64,000 nt of DNA, from the NCBI GenBank assembly GCA_000708835.1, contig DF237295.1, positions 35,633 through 99,632 of the forward strand. Reading direction: 5' to 3'. Source of the stretch: Klebsormidium nitens. Its lineage: Eukaryota; Plantae; Klebsormidiophyceae. The translations under genes were made by a program, and so were the position numbers. The first letter of the stretch is position 1. Each line of letters begins with the position of its first letter. The notes beneath the pieces were generated by a model. It did not search any database. It was not told where the DNA came from and worked only from the letters and a program-made list of their open reading frames with translations. Positions 36,001 through 45,100 of this stretch are shown one piece after another.

Positions 36001-36775
36001 CCCGGTTCTATCTTCTGGTATTGCTCTTTAAGGTGCGAGGAATGCAGCCAACGTTCCTGGAAGACAATGCTGGAAACGCGGATAAGGCAACCTTCTATAT
36101 CTTATGTGAGTGCCCACTTGGTGCAACGTAGCCTTTTTAGGCATGAGGAAAAGTAGACCAGGCTGAATGAGATGATCTGCGGATCTCATGCAAAGAGGAC
36201 GGGTCAGCTGGATTACGGGTCAGTTGCAATCTGATGCTGCACAAGGTTGAAGGAAGCTGTGCCAATCTGAACGCCGTGATGGGAGTTCTCGTTCTCTAAA
36301 GCCTACGTTGTCGTCTGAAGAATGAACGAAGATCATTGTACAACCTGTTTTCGCAGGACTAATGTTCCGACCATAACCGGTACTAGCACACCCATAACCA
36401 TATGCGAGAAGTACTCATTTCGCCTGGTTCTCGGACTAGTCGAAGCCAATCCCTGGAAGCTACTGCTTCCAGTCACCAAATGAAAACGCCAGCTTAAACG
36501 TCAGAAAGAACACAGTTTTGTCCAAACCGCTGTTGGAGGACTTTCAAGGAAATGATCTGGGCCCTCTCTTTGAGAGCGTTTTGAGATTTCGTAGTACTCA
36601 TAATTGCCAAAGGAATTGGTTTAACATACCGTGGCTCCTATGGGAGATTGAGCTCTTTGTAGCTGGGTCTCAGTTCCTTCTCATCGTGCAGGTTGTGCCG
36701 TCCATTGCCATTGCATTCGTCACGTACGAAATGATGAAGGACCTGATGGGGGTTGAGGTCCGCATCTCCGAGTAG
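30089..36775 (+). CDS. ADNT1: Mitochondrial carrier, adenine nucleotide transporter ADNT1-like (9 exons)
   Basis: Exons 30089-30351, 31025-31073, 32069-32232, 32675-32715, 33079-33188, 34697-34810, 35273-35500, 35883-35987, 36692-36775. Three carrier signatures (APLERLK, YPMDMVRGR, YPLDVVRRR), plus CKSLLAGGIAGGVSRSAVAPLE, FKGNGTNCMRIIPNSAVKF and C-terminal VVPSIAIAFVTYEMMKDLMGVEVRISE, as in plant ADNT1. Confidence 0.95.
31810..32000 (+). repeat. Two degenerate copies of the acceptor plus the start of ADNT1 exon 3
   Basis: Real aaccgctgcatttgggtccggcag|gtgcaagacccgttgaagcccaagtacaatgg (32069). Copy aaccgctgcttgtggatcccgcag|gtgcaagaccgctgcagcccatgtatgttgg (about 31951). Weaker copy ctctgcag|gtacatgacctctcaaaaaccacgtgcgttgg (about 31820). 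Confidence 0.8.
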
Positions 36776-37990
36776 GGGCAACTAGACGCGAGAGACACGG
36801 AACTGTTACCAGTGACCGCTACCGCTGCTTGTGTCTTGAAAGCTTCTCACTCTGCGCGGCCTTTCCTGACATCTAGTCACGGTCCGGAATCGCCTTGCTT
36901 GAAAGGAAGCTTACGAAGCTCGTAAGCCGGCAGGGGACGGTCGGCGCAGAAGAGGGAAGCGATATGCTGTGCATATGTTGTGCTTACTACCGTAGGAAGC
37001 GCCTTTTTGGTAATCAAGAGCAGGTCCGTGGGTGCTTAGTTTGAATCCAGTTTTGTCTCCAGAGAGTTTGCTGAGCGGCCTCGCGAGAAAGCGTGAAGGC
37101 GGTCCAGCACCCTTGTCAGTGTTCATAGTTGGGTTTTCCACTCTTGCAGCAGATCAAGCTCAGATTTTCAGTGCAATCACCCGTGCAATCTAAGATCAAA
37201 CCCGATCCCACGATCAAGGCGTCGTTGATCCATCATCCGGCATCAAAACCCATTGTTAGGCTCCATGTTATGTGCAAGGATATCGCTTGCAATGATTCCT
37301 TGTAACTGAGTCTGAGGGCATGTCACCGTCGCCTTTTGGATGTTGGCTGTCGGAGCTAGCGCGCCGAGAAAGTGAGCGGCCCCGATAACGTGCAATGCAC
37401 AAAGGTTTACTGATTGAATACAGCTGAATGCTGCAGCGCATAAAAAACAGCCCACGCGCGCAGTGACCGAAAACTCCTGCGCCTGCGCATTTAGCGGATC
37501 TTGAAAGATGCACATAAGCCTGCATGCCAGCACACTACCACACAGAGCAGGCTACCAAGATGCTGGCAGAGCAGGGGCTAACTGCAGAATTGAAGTTCAT
37601 CCTAGCTACATGTCGCGAACTGATACCAATATGGCAGTATGATGCTGGACAGCACATGTTTCGTCAATGTACAATCACTTAAAGACTCATTTAGCAAATA
37701 AAGACGTACGTCAAATTGAGGTCCGACAGACATCAAACTTAGTGCTCAGTGCTGCAAGTAGGACAATCTACACTATTTGTATTAGTGTCTCCGGTCGATT
37801 TGTCAGAGTGAATACTCTCACATGGCGTTAATCTGTGCAGGCATTGGTTACTGGTCTAACATGTGTCAGAGCGATATCTATTTGCTTGAACATGCGAGAC
37901 TCCGGTCCTCTTTGACCGGGCACCGGCATGGTACCGGCCGGGCTACTTCCCGGGGACCTTTCAACCTTTCCGGTCACGTACACTGCACAG

Positions 37991-38186
37991 ACACAGTCAC
38001 AGTCACAGTAACAGTCACAGTAACAGTCACAGTCTAGTTGCCTATGTGGTCGGTGTCAAGAGACACAGTATGAGCCACCATTGGTTTACGGCAGGTTAAA
38101 AGCGCCACAGTTACGGTCAGTCACAGTCACAGTCACAGTCACAGTCACAGTCACAGTCACAGTCACACTGTCACAGTCACAGTCAC
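37991..38186. repeat. (ACAGTC)n hexamer microsatellite in two blocks
   Basis: About 7 units at 37991-38034 and about 11 units at 38116-38186, separated by about 80 bp, in the intergenic space between convergent ADNT1 and NUB1-like 3' ends. Confidence 0.95.
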
Positions 38187-38480
38187 CGGACACCGTATTA
38201 GCTTTAACCTGGTTGACACAGGCAGGTTCGGCTACCTGGCCGGCAATGACAAGTGCCCGGAGGATCGTTGTGCAGTTGTGGTACCGACCGGCCAGCTTCA
38301 TGGACCTGATCATTTATGGTCGCGGCACAGAAGGGCGTTTACACAGGAAAATTCCCGGAGACACTAATACAAACAGTGTAGATTGTCCATTTTGCCTCAG
38401 TGCTAGCAGATTAGCTGGCAAGCAGGGGCTGGTTGTCCACAGTATGTACATTTTACGATTCACTGACCAGATATGGCACG

Positions 38481-40435
38481 TTATCCAGCTGCTTGGGCCG
38501 CCGCGCTTTCCAATAGCGCCAGATACTCCTGGATTACTTCCCCCTCCTTACTGACGTCCACGTCATATTGCGCAAGGGGATCCCCCGTGACCCCCTCCAC
38601 AATCTCGTCCTCCATTTCCGCGTCTCGCCGCTCCTCTGGTTCATCTTGGGCACCAGGGTCATTCACACCGGCATCTCCGAGCCCATTAACGCCGACATCT
38701 GCCTGGCCAGTCGCACCGAAGTCGGTGGAACCATTTGTCGCCCCTCCGTCGGCGTTTTGGTGCGACGTGCTTGGGCCGGCGTCCGAAGGGGCTGGCAGGG
38801 TGACCTCACCCTGAAGGAGCTTCTCCAGTGCCGCGCTTTTGTTGTTGAAGCTCTGTTTCAGGGCTTCGGTAGCTGCGATGGGCAGGAAAAACGTAGGAGA
38901 GATTTGAAAGTCGCTGCAGCACGGGCGAACATCTCCAAGCGAGTTTAGGAGATTTTAGCGATGCGTGAATCAGGAGCGGTCCACCAGATTTCGGACGGTT
39001 TAGATACTGACAACGAGCTCAAGAAGAGAAGTGATAATCACACGTTGAACAGATAGGGCATGACAGACAACGAGGTTAACACTGAGGACGAATTCGGAAC
39101 CTGGCGGAATGTGCCATCGTTTTAGGAGGCGACGGTCTGTAAGTAAGATTAGAGGGAAGGCGGATCAACGAACGGGCGCCTAAGGAGGTCAAAAAGCAAC
39201 GAATTAGGTGATTGTGAGATTCAGAGGTGATAACGTCAGCTCAAAGTGGGCGCTCACCGATGGAGCGGTCGAAGCCCATTGCCACGATCTCCTCCAGCGC
39301 TTGTCCGTCCACTTCCGCCTCCTCCCGGTTCCGCTTCCGCTTGCTGTCGTTCCGTTGGTCCAGCAGAACCTGGAGCGCGGTGTTGGCCTCAGGGTCCACC
39401 AGCGCATTGAGCGAAACGTTGAGGTCGTTCTCCGACTGGCGGAGGGCCTCGCCGGCGAGAGCGGGGTCGTAACTAGGAAGGGGAGAAAACCAGCGGTTTA
39501 CATACAAACTTATAGCTGAATCTCGGGGCAGGAACACGAGGAAATTTGATCGGGGTCAAGAGTAACACGGGCGATCAAAGAGGGCTGCGTCGAGATCGTT
39601 CTCGAACTGGCGGAGGGCCTCTCCGGCGAGAGCGGGGTTGTAACTAGAGCGAGAGCAGGTTTTCATATGGGTTTCTCAAGTTTCAGCGCTGGTCTCCGAC
39701 CGAAGGACATACCGGAAAGCAATCCTTGGGAGTGATGTAAGTGCGTTGAGGTTGTTCTTTGAATGATGAATAATTTCGCCGGCGAGAGCGGGGTCGTAAG
39801 TACAGCGCGAGAAGCAGATCTTCGTATGGTGTTCAAGTTTGTTGCGGTGGTTATCGGCCGTTCAATCTGCAGAAGAATGCTCATTTGCCAACGGGCATTA
39901 TGGGGGTACATTATGGTTGTCCTACGATTGGTCGAGGGGTCCCAGGCGAGAGCGGCGTCGTGACCAGAGAGAAGGCAAAGTACCTAACGGATCCATTTCT
40001 TCTTCGTTAATTTCAGAGGAGCATGCAACACGGAGTATCTTCCAAAACCACGCCTTGAGGTAAGTGGCTGGGGAGCCCTCGCGAGGCGCGGATTGAACCA
40101 GAGAGAATAGAAGAAGAGCGGAACATCCAATGCAAGATTAGAAGTATGCACCCGACGAAACAGGTGGCTGGCAATCGATATGCAAAGCGTGCGCCCGACT
40201 TCGAACCGATCGAGAGTCCCTTTACAATCGTTGAAAAGTTCGTGCGCAGCTTCGCGTAAAGCACAAACCGCTGATTAGCCGCCTCTTGTCAGCACGTTCA
40301 AAGAGGGGTTTAAAACGGAGTAGCAAACGCAGACACCGAATAACGCATCCAACTCACCCTAGCGATTGAAGTTGCCGCACCTTGGCGACATCCACTCGCT
40401 TTCCGGCAGGGGTCTTCCCGTACTTGAGGGCTTCC
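38481..40435 (-). CDS. NUB1: NUB1 (NEDD8 ultimate buster 1)-like, C-terminal UBA region only; 5' exons not found
   Basis: Exons 40358-40435, 39258-39472, 38481-38872 are in phase. They give EALKYGKTPAGKRVDVAKVRQLQSLGYDPALAGEALRQSENDLNVSLNALVDPEAN...IVAMGFDRSIATEALKQ...RDAEMEDEIVEGVTGDPLAQYDVDVSKEGEVIQEYLALLES, matching the plant NUB1 UBA repeats and acidic C-terminal motif. Confidence 0.8.
39585..39970 (-). repeat. Three progressively degenerate copies of the acceptor plus the start of a NUB1-like exon
   Basis: Plus-strand real ctggcggagggcctcgccggcgagagcggggtcgtaactag (about 39436-39476). Copies: ctggcggagggcctctccggcgagagcggggttgtaactag (about 39607-39647), tcgccggcgagagcggggtcgtaagtac (about 39776), ggcgagagcggcgtcgtgaccag (about 39945). 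Spacing about 155-170 bp. Confidence 0.85.
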
Positions 40436-42150
40436 CTGCAAACGAAACGGGGCGAGTCTGTGTCCAAACTCTCGAGCTGCTTCTAGTACGTTGGCCAATT
40501 GTGTGCTTCAGTACCCGCCGTGGGCGACCCGTGAAGTGACTCTCAAAGGTCAAGGGTCGCCGGCCGGGGCTTTCCTGCTCTTTTTGGTTGGTCGAAAGTT
40601 TGTGAACGGAATCTACAACCTCTTTAACCAAACAAATGCATACGATTTCTGTCAAAAATAAGTACGCAGCCGTTACACGCATCTGCGCTGACTCGATGGA
40701 CCTTCTGAAGCGTCTCGAAGAGGAGTTAAGAGTCGTAAGCTTCTGGGCGGTGAACACATCTGCCCAGCTAGGCATGCTGCAAAACGCCGTCCTTTTCTGA
40801 GAATGATGTGCGGGCCACTTGCAAGAACAGGGGCAACCCCTGAATACTCGCCCTGATTACTCGAACAACTAATCGCAGACCGCTGCTTGCACAGGATCTT
40901 CCTATCTTTGACTACGTTATTGAGACGCACGCCTTCATTCGTACCTTTATCTGCTTGCCGGCCTCCAAAAACGAGTAATTTGACCAGAGTCCTCCATCAG
41001 AGTCAGGCGAGTAGTACAAGTAAGTTCCTGCTGAGGATATAACCGCACACCGTAAAGAAACGAGTTGGAAAGAAGGCTGGTGTCAGTTGACTGACTTGAC
41101 GGTTTCGAATCAGGTTGCACTACAATAATTGGAGATCTCTTTTGGATTTCAACCTAGCAGTGGATTTGTTGACGATCTTGACAATTTGGCATTGGACCGT
41201 ATCAATTCATCTGTTGCGGTGCCCTGGGTGAGCTAGCTATGATGCAACCTGAAGAGCAACACGTAGGTATGTGGATATGCAATATCATGTACAGACGAGC
41301 TAGAATTTGTCATGTGCTGCCAACGTACATAAGGCGCTATTAGATGCACAGACGAATCGTGGATTGCGTACAAGCTGTAGTTCTAACAAAATCTTTATAC
41401 CGTATAGTTGCACAGTAAGGAGTAACGTGCAGATTTTCTCGAATGAACGTCATTATGACATTAATTAGGAAGGTTACGGTCAGAAAGCTATACAGGGCCG
41501 CGCGGGGCAGCAGCTGCAGGTGCCATGGAGATTCGCGCGTGTGCATCAAACGAATTTTTTCAATCAGATTAGAAATTGACTTGATCGATCTGCGAAAGTT
41601 GGTACATGCGACAATGCATAGATCTGATCGATCCACTGCATGCACGGTGGCCATTCAAATTATAAGGTCATGAAACACTTTTCTATGAATTTCCATGCGG
41701 CATATGAGACGGTACACACCGATCCGATGATCAAGGCAAAAATCTCAATCCCGGCCACCTCAGTACAAAGCGTCCCAGCTGCAGCAATATTAAAAGGTCA
41801 AGCGGGTAATTGGTGACAGCTACCGCCGTCTCAATGATGCAAGCTGAGCACCGACGCCCGCAGCCTGGAAGTAACGGCCGTGTGATCGCATGTTCGGCCG
41901 TATCTTAGCACGCAGCCTATCAAGTGAGGTGATCGGTCGAAATCTGGCTGATTCCCGGCCTACCAGTTGATGACTTTCCTCGCTAATGTCTCGTATATTA
42001 GCTGATATACATTCCGCATGTTGCTTTGCAACTTCTGATTAACCGTCGAGCTAAAGTGCTGTACATCCGACTATGTTACCGAGCTGCCGTTGCCGCGCGT
42101 CCATGTACATAGTCACCTCTCAGTGACAACCTACTCCTAGTATTCACATC

Positions 42151-45100
42151 CTAAGGGTCCCAAGTCATGTTCACCGCCGTTGCTTTGAGCGCACGTGTAA
42201 CCACCTCCCGGGTCAATCTGCCTCTGTACAGAGTTGTCACTGGTTCGCGCCCGTCCAAGTGGAAGAAGTTATCCTCAAACAAAACGATATCCTCGTCCTT
42301 TTCCCGCTCCTCCGTAGCCGCTGCCTCTATCTTGGCGCCTCTGTCTGGCGTACCAGGCAGTTTCGGCCGGTCATCCCTGTCGGTCACTAGGGGCGGCAGC
42401 TTGGTGTCATCAATCTCGAGTCGGACCCAGAGCGCCGGATGCTCCGAGTTGAGCGTTAGGAGAAGCGACCCGTCTGACGCTGCGGACTCCACTTTGACGG
42501 TGATCTTTGGGTCCTTGAGCAGCTTCAGATGCTTGGGGCGCGCGAAAAGGACCAGGTTCCTGTCGGGGATGGGAAATTTGATTAAGCTCGCAGTCAAAAC
42601 TCTGGTGCTAATCTCGGACGATATCCATCATAATCGGGACTTCGTTTGAGAGCGCCTTAACGGAGGAGTCGTGTCAAGGTCCTTCCAAAAGGACTAGGAA
42701 AACCTGCGCGCTTGCAGAGAACTCAACCCTTGCCACAGCAGTGCGAGGGGAGACTCGATTTGAAAGTGGAAGACGAGAAGCCTCTGAGTGCTACAATGAA
42801 AAGCAGGAGACAAATATGCCTCGCGCACGTGCTTAAAAGGTCGCAGATGCTCGCAGCCCGCCTCAAGACAAAAAGACGAAGTTGGACAACCATTGCCGAA
42901 CCGCTGAAATCGACAGAAACTAACCGACAGATGCCGTGCCTAAAGTCGAAGTCCGCAAGGCGCGTGTGGCCATCACCGATCACGACGGCTTCTCGTCGGC
43001 CTGAAGAAACCACCGGCAAAACTATCCATTTACCCCGGCATGCTTGACTCGTCCATCGCACTCACACCACTCTGAACCCGCCCTCTCACCTGGACGCGTA
43101 CGACTCTCCCACGTCCGCCACGTGTCTCCACAGCTCCCGGGCCTGTTCGCGCCGGTCCCGCCACTCCAGCCAGACCAGCAGGTCACGGGGGCCGTACTTC
43201 GCGAGTGCCGCCGAAAAATCGAGAGTCGTGACGCAAGCATTGGCCTGGGAAGGCGCGTCGGTGACGGTTTCGCTGCCGCTTTTCAGCTCCGTCCCGGCAG
43301 CGTCAGTCAGGCGCCACGTCACCTGAGGAGATGTGTGGTTTTGCGTTTACGAGGAGGTTATTTGTGTTCGTGATCTGATGACGAGCCGTAGGCTGCTGTA
43401 TTGTACTCGTTCTCGCTGTTCTCAAGACGATTGGTGCGAAGGACGAGGATTGCGGGGCATTTTGCTGCATAGAAGGCTACTTAAACGTAGAGGATGACGC
43501 TCTCGAAAGGCATGGGCAGCCTGGCAAGCGATACATGGTCTCTGAAAAAGAACAGTCAAATATCAATATGAGTATGGACACTGGTATAAAGCAGAGTTTA
43601 CGAAGCAGCATACAAACCAACAACAGTGCCCTTCGAACAATTTGAGCCCGGAGATTATCAGATCTACCAGTTAATACGGACGCTTAGCAAGCAGCCAAGA
43701 AATCGCGCCAATTTTTTAGATCAGCTCATGTTTAGAGAGTGCACGTTAACGGCCTTAGAAGCGTCCTCGAGCCCGGTGACTAGGACCCAGCAAGAATCCT
43801 GATTGAAAGAACATCCAGAGCACTCTTTGAAGTCTGCAAAAATCTGTGAAAGTCTTGCATAACGTTGACAGAAGATGGAACGATGTAACAGCGCACCTCG
43901 CCCGACACCGGGATCAGCTCGTGGTTGGACAGGTGGACTTCTACGGTTCCTTTGGCGACGTCTTCGAGCCCGGTGATCAGCACCCGGGAGAAGAAGCGCC
44001 GGGCAAAGTAGTGCAGCGCCTTCCAGCGGCCGCGGTAGTCCAGGGAGCTCCACGTGGGCGCCGGCCATTCGTCGTTGAGCTGCCAGTACAGCACGCCTGC
44101 AGCCCATGGAGACTTTTGTGTTGGGACCTCTCTAGTTCTCAAATTTCGAGAAAAGTCTGAGCTAGCCCGATGAGCATCTAGTAAGACAGCCAAGGAGCTA
44201 CGGTTTTTTAAGCTTCGCAGGAACATCTTCATGGTAAGTTTCAGAATCTTTTTGTGGAGTGAACAGTACGCACAGGCAAGGCACTCCTTAATCACAGGGA
44301 AGTCGAATGGTCGGGGATTGGTAAACCGACACAACGTCAATGCGCGAACTGCTGATTCGAACTTATGTCGGGATCTCCCCGGCTTTCTTTGCTCTCCCCT
44401 TAAATCAGTCTTTACTTTAGCTTGAGTCAAGCAGACACGAGAAGCTCTGGTGCTCACAAAGTATACCTCAAGGACGGATTGTGGGATCCTCGATTGTTCT
44501 AAACATCGTCAGACGTATACACAGGATCACGGCAAGAAGAGGTAGTCACCAGCTAACTCTACTAGACAAACGAGCCAACACCTTGAACGATGACCAGTAG
44601 GACACCGGACAAACCCGCTCGCCTTCAGTTTGGGGCTGTTGTCTGCGCAGGTGCTCCGCCGCAAACTGGATGCAGAGCGCCTGCGTGAGCTGGCTCATCC
44701 AGAGGCACTCGGCGAAGTCGCGCGGCATCTGGAACCACTCCAGCAGGTTCTCGAAGATGGCCCGGTTGCCCCGCCCGACCGACCGCTGGCGGAAGTCCAT
44801 CACGTAGCTGCTCACGTTGTGGTCCTCGGGGAGCGTGTACCTGGCACTCTAATAANNNNNNNNNNNNNNNNNNNNNNNNNNNNNNNNNNNNNNNNNNNNN
44901 NNNNNNNNNNNNNNNNNNNNNNNNNNNNNNNNNNNNNNNNNNNNNNNNNNNNNNNNNNNNNNNNNNNNNNNNNNNNNNNNNNNNNNNNNNNNNNNNNNNN
45001 NNNNNNNNNNNNNNNNNNNNNNNNNNNNNNNNNNNNNNNNNNNNNNNNNNNNNNNNNNNNNNNNNNNNNNNNNNNNNNNNNNNNNNNNNNNNNNNNNNNN

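Noticed and set aside
38081-38554. ORFs containing VTVTVTVT runs
   Set aside because: Translation of the (ACAGTC)n microsatellite.
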